Below, piece by piece: positions 21,712 through 33,289 of a stretch of DNA of 64,000 nucleotides. The notes under the pieces were generated by a model. It was not told the DNA's origin. It saw only the letters and a list, made by a program, of their open reading frames with translations, and did not search any database. Each line of letters begins with the position of its first letter. The stretch's first letter is position 1. Source of the DNA: Marsupella aquatica (lineage: Eukaryota; Plantae; Marchantiophyta). A program made the translations under genes and the position numbers. Location of the stretch: assembly GCA_973895155.1 (NCBI GenBank), contig OZ316891.1:16953651-17017650 (forward strand). Direction: 5' to 3'.

Positions 21712-24700
21712 TCAGTTTTGAAAGGTTGTTCTTTGCGCATTTTCCTGTATAAATTCCGATAGGCTATGCATTCCGATTGATCTGGTTAGTGTTTTATGTA
21801 CAATTGGAGGCAAAGGTTTCGTGAATAAGTCTGCTGAGTTTTCTGAACTCGGGATCCATTGTACGTCTATCGTGTCACCTAGCTGCTCATGTGCGAAAAA
21901 GAATTTCGGGGCTATGTGTTTGGTTCGATCACCTTTTATGAAACCAGCAGAAATCTGTTCGATGCAAGGCCGGTTATCTTCATAGATCACAGTTGGTGAA
22001 CTCAGTTTAGGCATACCTGAGGTTTCTTGGATGTAATTGATCACGTTACGTAGCCATATGCATTCTCGACTCGCCTCGTAAAGGGCGATTATTTCTGAGT
22101 GATTGGAGGAGGTCGTGGTTAGAGTTTGTTTCGTGCTCCTCCACGATATCGCTGTAGGTCCGATCTTGAAGATATACCCAGTCTGAGACTTTGCATCCGC
22201 TGGGTCTGATAAGTATCCTGCATCTGCAAATCCGGATAGTATAAAGTTTGTGTTGCTCTGAAAAAGAAGTCCATGGTCGATAGTGCCGCTCAGGTAACGC
22301 ATTATCCTCTTTACCCCATTCCAGTGTCGAATAGTAGGTAATGAACTGTGGCGTGCTAACAAGTTAACTGCGAAAGCGATGTCGGGGCGGGTTTGGGAAG
22401 CCAAGAAGAGCAGTGCCCCTATCGCCGACAAGTATGGCTTTTCGGAGCCAAGTAGTGGCTCTGCCTCTGTTCTCTTTCGGAATATGTCCTTGTCTTTGTC
22501 CAGTGACCGAAGGTCCATTGGAGACCTGACAGCTTTTGCCGTGTGCATATGAAATTGCTTCAACATGCGGCGAGTGTAAGTTGATTGGTGGAGGAGTATG
22601 CCCTGCTTGAGGTACTCGAACTGAAGGCCGAGGCAGAAAGCAGTTCTACTGAGATCTCTTATCTCAAAAACCCTATTGAGTTTTTGGATTGTATCTTCCA
22701 GAATCTTTGGTGTTCCGAAAAGATTGAGGTCGTCTACATAAATCGCCACAATGATTATCTTTGTGCCTTCATGTTTGATGAACAGACACGGTGTGGGCTC
22801 AGATGTTTTAAATCCCATTGCTAGCATTTCGTTTTTAAAGTGTTGGTACTAGGTACGTCCGCTTTGCTTCAAGCCATACATTGATCTCAAAACTTGAACA
22901 GCAAATTTAGTTCTTGCGGTAAGTGCTTTATGGTCTGTTGCTTTCCATCCAATCGCTTTAGCTGTGGTATGTAGTACCGACTTATTTGTATGGCCAAAAG
23001 GGCCATCACTGTGGGCTGTATGCTCTTGTACTTTCGGCTCCCCCTGAAGGTGGTGATCCACTCGGGTTAGTAATTCGGGTGGGGCCTCCATATATATTAT
23101 AGTGTCCAAATGGCCGTAGAGGTAAGCGGTGACAATGTCTAGTTGATGCATTGTCAGGTTGTGGTGAATGGCGAATGCGATTAGAATTCTATATGTAATC
23201 ACATCCATGACTGGGGAGTAGGTTAAGTCATAATCTCTGCCAGGGATCTGGGTAAATCCCTTGGCCACCAGTCTAGCTTTGTATCTCACGATCTCTCCTT
23301 GGGCATTTCTCTTCTTTATAAAGGTCCACTTGTAGCCGGTCAGATGTGTTTCAGGTGGGGCAGGCTTGATGGGTCCGAATACCTGGCGCGAGATTAAAGA
23401 ATCCAGTTCCGAGTTTATGGCATTCTGCCATTCATGCCAGTCTGCTTGGGCTCGGGCCTCAGTTATCGTTGCCGGGTCAGGTAACTCTCCCATTATTTCT
23501 TGCGAAATTTGATAGGCAAATATATTATCGATAGGGGTTGAGACTCTGTCTCTGATTTGGCCTGTGTAGTTATAGTTAATGGCAATCTCCTCATTTTCTG
23601 TTGTGATAGGTGGTGTGGGTTGTGGGTGTGCGGATGCAGGTGGGTTCTGTGGTCTTCTTTGCCGAGGCTGTTTGTCCCCGGCTCCAGGTGGTCGGCCCCT
23701 TTTCTTCTTTGGTTCTGTTGTTGTTGCTGGTTGTGTCGTTATATCGATTCGGGATGGTGCGTTTGCGGCTGGTAGATGTGACCTGGTTACTTTTGCCACG
23801 TCTGCGAATGAATCTGGGAGTTCATCCATGATTCTAGTGAGGTGTAGGATGCGTTGGACCTCGGTATCTGTTTGGGCAGATCTCGGGTCATTCCAGAATT
23901 GTGAATTGATTTGCCATGTGAGGTCCTTTTTTAGTACAGCTTTATTCTCCTGGTCTGAGGTTAATTTCGGGAATATCTCTTCATAGAAGTGACAGTCCGC
24001 GAATCTCGCCTTGTATACGTCAACTGTAGTTGGCTCTAGATATCGTATTATTGATGTGGAATCGAATCCTATGTATATACCCTTCTGCCTCTGGGGTCCA
24101 AGCTTGGTGCGTTTGGGTCCCATGATGGGCACCAGGACTTGGCACCCAAAGGTGCAGAGGTGAGCCAAGTTAGGTGCAACGCCGAATGCCAGATGGTGAG
24201 GTGAGCTGGCATTGAAAGCTGATGGTCTGTATCTTAGTAAGGCGGCAGCGTGTATGATAGCGTGGCCCCAGGCAGATTGTGGTAGATTGCTCTGCATGAT
24301 TAGTGGTCTCGCTATTGTTTGGAGCCTTTTAATCAGGGATTCGGCTATCCCGTTTTGGAAGTGCACATAGGCAACGGGATATTCTACTTCTATCCCGGAT
24401 GCAGTGCAGAAGTCATCAAATGTCTGGGATGTAAACTCCCCGGCATTATCGACTCTTAATGTCTTGATTGGGTAGTCCGGGAACTGAGCTTTTAATCGCA
24501 GGATGTGGGCCAATAGTCTGGAGAAAACTAGGTTACGTGTTGAGAGAAGTGAAACTTGGGACCATTTGGAGGAGGCATCGATAGTGACTAAGAAGAAGCG
24601 GAATGGACCACTGGGGGGTCAACTGGGCCACACACATCGGCATGGATTCGCTCTAAAAATCATGGTATATTTTTGTCTGTGGTTGAGGGGGATGGTCTCA

Positions 24701-26270
24701 TGGTGAGTTTTCCTTGTGAGCAGGCTAGACATTGAGTTTTCATTGAGGTTGGGTGTACTGTGTTTGGTATACCGTGTGTATCTTTGATGATCTTGTGAAA
24801 CATCTGTGTGCCTGGGTGTCCTAGGCGTCGGTGCCAGATGTCCACGGATGGCAGTGCAGGAATATGCGTGTGGAAGGTGTGTATTTGTATGGCATAAAAA
24901 CCCATTGGAAAAGCTGTGAGCGTTTCCTTAATTTCTATGTCGTTTTGCGTCTTAGCTATGAGCTGTAGTACTTCTCTGGAATTGTGGGTACTAGTATGGA
25001 TGAGGAGGCCATTTTCTCGGATGTCTCTGAAACTCAATAAGTTACGTGTGGCTTTTGGTGCGTAGATGGCCGATTGGATATGGATCACGGTTCCCTTAGG
25101 CAGTATTAGTGTGGCTGGCCCGTTGCCTTCTTCTAGCTGATGGTTTCCCATAATCGTGGTGACTCTCCGTTGGGATGGGTTAATGTATTTGAAGTAGGTT
25201 TTGAGTCTCAGGATTGAATGGGAAGTCCCACTGTCGAGTATACAACAGTTGGGATCTTCTAGTGCTTTAGATGTGTCCAACGGAAGGACAGTATGTATTT
25301 CAGGTAAAACTTCTGGGGTCTCTAAGAATGTGCCGTAAGTTTCATACTCAGGAGTATTGATGTTCTTTTGGTATAGGGCCACGAGGTGAGCCGGTGCTCG
25401 ACATTCCTTCCTAATATGCCCTCTCGTTCCACATCGATGACAAGTGAGTGGGTTATCGGACTTATCTGAATTTGTGGTGGTCCTTGTCCAGCTGTTGCGA
25501 GTTCTTCCCGGATTTGATCGGCCGCGTCCCCTGCCTCCACGGGACATGCTCCTTCCCCCTCGTTGGGAGTAGTATCCTCGGCCACGAAAGGTATTCCTTC
25601 CTCTACTGCTCCCTCTTCCCCGGAATGATGTACTGCCGCGTCGCCATGTATTGAAGTGAGTTTCGGCTTGAGGTTGAGGTGGTAGAGTGCCTGGGGGTCG
25701 CTGCTTAGTGTTCTGCAACAGTAAGATTTGATGTTTCTCTGCCAACAACATGTGTGAGATCAATTCCGAGTAGGTTGTAAATCGCATGTTTCGGTATTGA
25801 GTTGATAATACCAGATTTGTTGAGTGGAAGGTCGATAAAGTCTTTTCAATTTGTTCTTCGTCATTGACCGGGTGGCCGCAAATCGCCAATTGGGAGACGA
25901 TGCGAAAAAGTTTGCTGTTGTATTCAGCGATAGTTTTGTGGTCCTGCACGCGAAGATTAATCCAATCGTGCCTTGCTGCTGGCAGGAAAATGGTCCGGGT
26001 GTGATCAAATCGAGAATGTAATTCGTCCCAAAGAATTCGGGGATTGTACGCATTCATGTACTGGCGTTTTAGGGAATCGACCAGATGGTGCCGAATCAAG
26101 ATCAATGCCTTGGCCTTCTCCTGGAGGGTGGGGCCATTGTCAGTTATGATAGTGTCCTCTAAATTCTTAGATGCCAAATGTGCCTCAACGTCTAGAGTCC
26201 AGGATAGGAAATTGGCGCCATCTATAGATAGCGCCTGGAAGTATAATTTCTCAATTGTATTTGCGGCCAT
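21712..26270 (-). pseudogene. Copia gag-pol polyprotein with a few lesions
   Basis: CHRCGTRGHIRKEC, LDSGTSH, WHRRLGHP, RVDNAGEF, YKARLVAKG, YVDDL, FADAG, ADLFTKPL. Stop at 24660, frameshift near 24615, TGG>TAG at 22849. Confidence 0.93.
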
Positions 26271-26586
26271 TGTATCTGTGGTAGTGAGATTTGCTCAGCC
26301 TGGTATTGTTGAACAGTGAGCCGGAATCGATGTGTAATTGGGAATTGAGGATGGGAATTCTCTGGGTCCTGCTGTGATTTGGACTGATTCGATTTTTGAT
26401 TCTATTGCTGCTATTTCGATGTTGAATGTCCCTCAAAGGATTAATTGCAAGTATCCCTCATCATCCTTCGAGCAGGATCCTTCAAGGAGTCCCGATTCCA
26501 TGGGATCGATGACCCCAATCCTCCTTGAAATGTAATTGCTACCATATCCGGCTCACGATCTTGAAAAAAATTTGTGTGCTTAAAAC

Positions 26587-26600
26587 TCGTGCTGATAACG
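26587..26600 (-). other. Copia PBS, half-tRNA (tRNA-Ile) type
   Basis: CGTTATCAGCACGA directly after the 5' LTR; no TGG, so not a tRNA 3'-end PBS; complementary to the plant tRNA-Ile(IAU) anticodon arm as recalled. Confidence 0.7.
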
Positions 26601-26737
26601 TGTTCAACTTCGTAACAATCATCACACTCTTTACTCCTTCCTATCCTCTTATACATGGGTGGTTACTAAGGCGGTTAATAGTGTAACTGCCTTAGTCCTA
26701 ACCCTTTTGGGTAGACCTAGTCTAAGGAGTTATAACA
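26601..26737 (-). repeat. Copia 5' LTR (137 bp)
   Basis: Identical to 20777-20913. Confidence 0.95.
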
Positions 26738-29664
26738 GTTTCAACTTTTTATCATACTGTTGTTTCATGGTATTCTGTCTATATTCTACTCTCTCGGTTG
26801 AAATCATTCTTGCCTCTTCTAAGGCTTCTAATCTATATTCTCTCTCCTTTAGACTTTCCTCCTCTGAGGCTCTCTCCTCAATTGTAACTTGAAATGTAGG
26901 AATTTCAAGTTGCATGGGTACCAAAGCTTCTTGTCCAAAGGTTAAGAAAAAGGGTGTATGATCGGTAGTGGATTTATAGGCTAAATTGTAAGCAAAAATA
27001 GCAGCAAACAATTTGTCATCCCAATCGAGTTTGTTTTGGGCTACAATCTTGTTTAATATTTTTCCTATAATTCCATTGGCTCGTTCTGTCAACCCATTTG
27101 CCTTTGGGTGGTAAGGAGTAGTAGGCCTATGTCTAACTAAATACTGCTAATTTAAAAGACTAATTATATCATTCAGAAAATGGGTTCCTCTATCACTAAC
27201 TAATTCTAGGGGTGCGCCATAGCTGGTGAAGATCTGCTCATACATGAATCGAGCCGTAGTAATTGCATCATCCTTTGTTGTCGGCCTGGCCTCTACCCAC
27301 TTAGTTGCATAATCCGTGGCCAGGATTATGTACTTGTTCCTTCGAGGATGGGTCAATGGTTTTAGGGGTCCAATGTAATCAGTACCCCACTTCTCAAATG
27401 GTGCCAGAGGTAGAACAGGGTGCAGTGGATGTCTTGTGGACGCCCTTGGTCCTCCCGCTTGCTGACAAGGATCGCATTGTTTGATAAACTGATAGACATC
27501 TTTGTGCAAGGTGGGCCACCAGTAACCGACATTTAATATCGTTTTATACGTGGTTACTGGAGAAAAATGTCCTCCGGCCTCCTCTCCATGCATAGCTTGT
27601 AAGACACATTTTACCTCTCCCTTCTCCAAACACCTTTGAATCGTGCCGCTGATTCCATACCTGTGGAGCACGCCCTTAATGCATTGATACTGTTTGACCT
27701 TCCGCAAAAAGAGTGCGGCTTGTTCTCGGCTTAGCCCTGGCTGTAATCTGGATGTGCTGAGAAATCGTAAAATCTTGGGGTACCATGTATCAGCTAATTC
27801 CACAACGAATAGCTCCTCGTTGGGAAATCAATCATCAATGCAATCCATGCCAGGTTTGCCTGTGATCCTCGAAAAGAAGCTGGCATTGGCGTGTAGTTTT
27901 CCCGGCTTGATTTTTAGCTCATAGTCAAATTCTTGTAATAGCAATATCCATCTTGCTACCCTGCCTGTAAGGTCCGGCTTATTTACTAGGTACTTCAAAC
28001 TTTCATGATCAGTATGAAAGATTACCTTGTACCCTAGCAAATAATTCCTAAACTTTTTACAAGAATAAATGACTCCTCATGCTTCTCTTTCTGTGGTGGA
28101 GTAATTTTGTTTGGCATTGGCAAGCTGGCGGCTTTCAAAGTATATGGGATGGTCCCTTCCTTTCTCATCCAACTGACTTAGTACTGAGCCGATACAGAAG
28201 CCTGAAACATCACAAAGACATGAAAATCCTTGTTCCAGTCTGGTGCTATCATGACTGGGGTCTCCACTGACATTTGCTTTAATTCCACCACTGCTGTTAC
28301 TCGCTCTGGTGTGGGTTCAAAGTCTGCGTCTGCCTTGAGCATGTTGGTTAATGGTAAAGCTAGCTTGGCAAAATCCTTTATGAACCGGCGATAATAGCCA
28401 ATGCACCCCAAGAATGATCTTACATCCTTTATGTTCTTAGGTTGCATGATATCTAGCCATACTGCTAGCTTACCCTTGTCAATCTCAATGCCCTTCTTTG
28501 ATACCTTGTGACCTAGCAGTACACCTTCTGTAACTCCAAAGAAACATTTATCTGGGTGTAACTTGAGACCTACCTCTTTGCATCTCATGAAGGTCTTCCT
28601 GAGGTATTTAGCATGTTTCGATGCCTTCCCAAATACTGCAAAGTCATCAATGAAGATTTCCATAAACTTTCTCAAGTAGTCATGGAAAATGTTCACCATT
28701 AATCGTTGGAACATAGCTGGTGCGTTACAGAGTCCAAACGGCATATGATTGAAGACATAGATCCCCCATTCCATGATGAAGGCTGTCTTGATTTGGTCTT
28801 CCTGCCTAATCCTAATTTGGTTATAACCAGAGTACCCATCCATGAATGAGTATAGTTCATGATTGGCTACCATGTCTAGTACCATATCAGTAAAGGGTAA
28901 AGGAAAATGATCTTTCAACGTAGCCTCATTTAACTTCCTGTAATCCTAACAAACCCGGATCTTGGGTTTACCATCGAATCCAACTTTCTTGGGAACTATC
29001 ACAATTGGAGACACTCAATCTGAGTGTAGGACTGGAGTGATGAATCCGGCTTCAACTAGGTTGTCGATTTCAGCTTTGACCATTAGGGAATACTTAGGGT
29101 TCATCCTTCAAATTGGTCGTCAAAATGATTTGGCCCCTAACATTAGATCAATTCGTGTTCTCCTAATTTTGGGTCTACTCCCTTCAGGTCTTGGTGGCTC
29201 CATGCAAACACATCCTGAAATTCAACCAGTAATTCACTGATCTCCTTCTCAAGTTGAGGTGCTAGGTCCCGCCCTAAGTTCAATTCCCTTCCTTCTCCTA
29301 AGTCAAGCTTCCGATATTGTTGTGTTTGGATCATATTAATCTGCTTCTTCAAATTTGGGTCTAGCTCGGCTTCCAGCCTCTCCAATCTCATACCTCCATA
29401 AACTGGAATCTTGCCTGTACTAGCCGAGTCGGTTGACTTGATTTCTACTTTGTTATCCGCAAACTGTTCCCTTGCCGGTCTATTTGGTTTTGAATTGGTG
29501 GTTGGCTCCCCTTCCTGACTCGGCTCTGGATTGTTTCTGTGCATCTCATCCATTCTTGCTTCTTGAGGGTGAGGCCGTTGTGCTCTTCCGGCTTCTAGTA
29601 GGGCCTCAATTTGTTCAGCCCTCGTGATCGGCTTGTAAGTCGATCCCTTGGTATTTAATTTGTT

Positions 29665-29724
29665 GCCGAGGATAGACAATGTTGTGGATCCTGCCGGCTC
29701 TGCCACAACGCCTGAGAAAAATCC
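29665..29724 (-). promoter_or_regulatory. Candidate -1 ribosomal frameshift signal of element B
   Basis: G_GAT_TTT (29724-29718) is phased in ORF 29655-29891; the -1 frame is the pol ORF 29143-29748; an 8-nt spacer is followed by a GTTGTGG/CCACAAC stem. Confidence 0.6.
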
Positions 29725-32700
29725 ACTGTCTCTTGTGCAGCTCCCCACTTAGCCGTTTCATCCAACTGGTCCACCTCTTGTGCTTCCTTCGGAATTGAAG
29801 CTAAAAAGGTGGACTCTATGGCAAAGCAATCCTCAGTTTCTTCTTCGCATTCCTCCAAGTCCACTGGGAGGTACTTCTGGTCCGAAGACACTTTCTTTGG
29901 GTCCGAGTCAGTTTGTCCTTGATAATCTCATTATCAGACTGAGCGGTATCCAGTTGCCCCTACATGATGTTTAGCTCATGCCGCTTAATCCGTAGCTCAT
30001 CTTGGGATTTCTTGGCCGCCTTTAGGTCCTCTGCCTTGGCTTCCTTCTCTCTAAGCCGTTGGATGACATTGTCCTTCTTTCTTCTCTCCAAAGCCACCGC
30101 TTCTTCCAATCGGCATTTTTCCAACATCTCCCTCTGGAAAAAGGGTCCTTGCTCCAACTCCTCCCTAAAGATGCTGAGCGCAAGTTCCCCACACATCTCC
30201 CCATACTCCATGGCTCTTCCTTTAGCATAGGTGGAGTGAGTAATAGTCATCGGCATCAACCACCGCGGCCTTTGTTCCCAAGCTGCCTTTTGGATTTCTT
30301 CTATCGTGGCTGGAGGGCTGCTTTGTTTTTCTGCAAGCCGCCAGATTTCCTTTGGCCATTCTCCCCTAGGTAAATCCTTCTTCCTAGCCAGGGCTGCCTC
30401 CTCTTCTTCCTTGAGTCACTCCTGAAACTCCTATGCCGTTTGTTTTATCTTGTCAAAGCTCGAGGGAGCGACATCTGGTGGGGGAGACTTGGGGCTGCTC
30501 TGCTAGGTGGGGTCCCCTCAAAGTACTCTTGGAAGCGTGGGATGAACCAGCCATAGGTCCTTACTCCTGGAACATGATGGTCTGACCCATAGCCAGAGTC
30601 ATCTTTGCCATAGTCCTTCACCTCCTCCTCCTTGGCTTGGACTACTGACTCCCCTCGCTGCTCTCCTTTTCTTCCTGTGAACACGGCCTCTTGCCGATCA
30701 TAACTCACAGGTCCTAGTTCCTCCTCCAGCTTCCAGGCTATCTTCTCCCTCTGTTTACCACAAACAGGAGCTTTAGGCTGCTCTCCCTCGGCTTCGGGAC
30801 TTGTGGCTCCTACATACAATCGAACCCCTGGCTTGTGTTCCGGCCTCCTTCTTTCCTTGGCTCTGGTAAAGGGGTTTTCCCTCATGAGTTGGCTTAGGCC
30901 CACTTCTAGGGCAGTGTCCTGTACCGTTGCCGTTGCCGTCCTCTTTTCCTTCTCCAGCAATTTCAGCAAATTCTGCATGCCTGGTTGCTGCATCGGCAAG
31001 TCTTCCACCCTCGGCCTAACCACCTGCTCGATCGTAGGATTGTCGGGCTGGTTGGGTTTCTCTGCTGCCGGCCTCTATTCCGGAACCTCCTCTAGTGCCC
31101 TTGCTTGCAGGGGAAGTACCGGGGCAAAGATCTGACTCCGGGCATACCGGCACAACAACGGCATGTGATAGCCAAGCCGGAACACGCTTCCCTTGCCAAT
31201 CACTTGCTGTTCCTCCTTCAAGATCTTCTTCAGTTGGGTGAGGAGGTACCCGTTGTAGTCCCGACTTGGGTCTGGCCTCTCCGCTAGGTAGACTTGTGCC
31301 TTGCTGTAGAGTAGGGTTTAAGGAAATATGAACTACTTTCCTCTTAAATAACCAGAATTCGTTCCTGTTAAGAGCTTGTGAGACCTAAAAGATTGTATTA
31401 ATATACTTTGAGATAGTTAAGCTAACCTATCTCAGATTTTAAGCCTTTACCGACATGCTTAGGTCAGGTGGAAGGAGTTTTTAATACATCCTCAGGTATT
31501 GTGATGTTTGCATCATCAATAGTGCAATAATTAATTCTAAAACTATAACAAAACAACCAAAAGCCGGAGGCGTAAAGAGAGAATTAGGCGAGCCTTAAAT
31601 GTCTCATCTCCTCTCGCCACTTAGCAATCTATGACTAAGTTAGGCACGATTAAGAGTCAACAGAGAGTCTGACTAAATTAGGCTGATGCCTAAAGCTAAT
31701 CCTTAAAGCCAACCATCTAAGAATTTGTAAAAGATGCATATAAGATAGCCCGTATTAACTTTCTGACCTATGTCAAGGCAAAGGTGCTACTGATTACTCC
31801 GAACTAACTTATTCTTCTATTCAATACTTCAGATTGCTCTTTTAGGACTACGCAATTTGTGAGTTCTCGTATGGTGCTTCTTCCACTAATACTTAATAAG
31901 CCATAAGTATTCCATAGTCAACATGAATCTTTAGACCTTTGCATGATCTCAGGCATGCATTTTCAGTCAGCCTAAAGGTTAACTATGACATTGCTAGTCA
32001 CTTTCCATAGATTTTCTAGCAAGAATGGTCACACACTAATGTCCAAACACAAAGCATAGATCACCAAAATTATGAATCTATTACTTCTCTTCAAAGAAGG
32101 AGACTTTCAAAAGTGAAATGCAAGTCTGAGTAAAATGGTGGAAACTTTCCCTCTTATACTTAGGGACAAGTCTCCTCTAAACAAAAGTTGAAGAGGTATG
32201 CCTCTTCAATTCCTAACCTAAGTGTAAAAGTAAAAAGTAATGCTAATGTCTGAAACTAGACTATGAGATAAAGTGCTCAGCAAAAATTCAAAGTCTAATT
32301 CTTCCTATACTAAGTTTTATAGGGCTTCAAACACGAAACCGGATCAAAAACCGGGTGGGAAACCGGATGGGAAGCCGGTTCAACTTCCGGATGGAATAAC
32401 TTTTTACTCTTCAGGAGTTGAAGTGTCAGGCTTCACCGATGTGGAGTCTACTGCTGGATCAATGGAGTTGAGAGCGTTTGGCATGAAAGTGATACCTCCA
32501 AAGGTAGTAGTAAATGGTGAGGTCGGAATGGGTGGAAAATTGGGTGTAACTGTGGTAGAAGTGATATCAGGATCAGGAGAGTCAGCCCATCCTTCTGCTG
32601 GTGTCACCTATGGAGATGGAACAGTGACTTTCTCTCAAATTGAGTCTGCTCCTCATCAGAAAGGTCATAGAATTTCTTCAGTTCAGCAAGGATAAGCTTG

Positions 32701-33289
32701 AGGGCAGAGAGGCATTCTTCCACCTTGTCACCATAGTCATGTGCAATCTGGATGACTAAGGGCATGAGAAGGGGATTGGGAACATCAATGAAGTACTGCC
32801 TGAATAGTTGGGTCTGTACCAGGTCCTCTCCCTTGGTTTCTACTAAGGGTTCCAGGTGATCCGTAGCTCTGGAAATGTTATCGAAGAGTAGTTGCTCCGC
32901 TGTGGTCTTCTCCTTTGCCTTGTGCAACAACTGCTCAAGATGATAGTTCTTCTTCTTCTCTTCCTCTAATGATTTCTCTAGCTGCTCAATCTTGACCTTG
33001 TTCTCATCTCCTTTCATCAGGTCCTCCACTTTCTTCACAAGGTCAGCAGGAGCTACACCAGTCACCTGGGAGAGCCTTGAGAGCACTGGTTCCATGATTC
33101 CCATCTTGGTCTTGATGGCCAAAAGATCCTTGAATAAACAAGAAAAATGGTGTAAGGTAGAGTGCGAAAGACCGGCTGAAGAGGTAGTAGCGCCACTCAT
33201 CGGGTAGGAAACCGGGTCAGAAACCGGTTCAGAAGCCGGATCAGAAGCTGGTTCAGTTTTGTCGAGCTTCCTCTTTTTGGTTGGCCCTA

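Larger units (their letters stand above)
20777..26737 (-). mobile_element. Ty1/copia element, Bianca-like lineage
   Basis: Identical 137-bp LTRs; TSD GTTTC at 20772-20776 and 26738-26742; gag FQALSIDGANFLSWTLDVEAHL; order PR-INT-RT-RH; PPT CCAAGGGGGAG at 20924-20914. Confidence 0.95.
20509..29748 (-). pseudogene. pol: Degenerate pol (RT-RH-INT) of element B, split by the copia insertion at 20777-26737
   Basis: FQDVFAWSHQDLKG, MDGYSGYNQ, FIDDF, HTDH, GYWWPTLHKD, LVSDRG, TERANG; several stops and frameshifts. The final integrase frame (LKKYYMDKD...SGELCDA*) stops inside the LTR at 20511-20509. Confidence 0.92.

Noticed and set aside
22849-22851. Stop in copia RT as a recoding site
   Set aside because: It replaces the conserved Trp of SGRxWY (TGG>TAG); ordinary decay.
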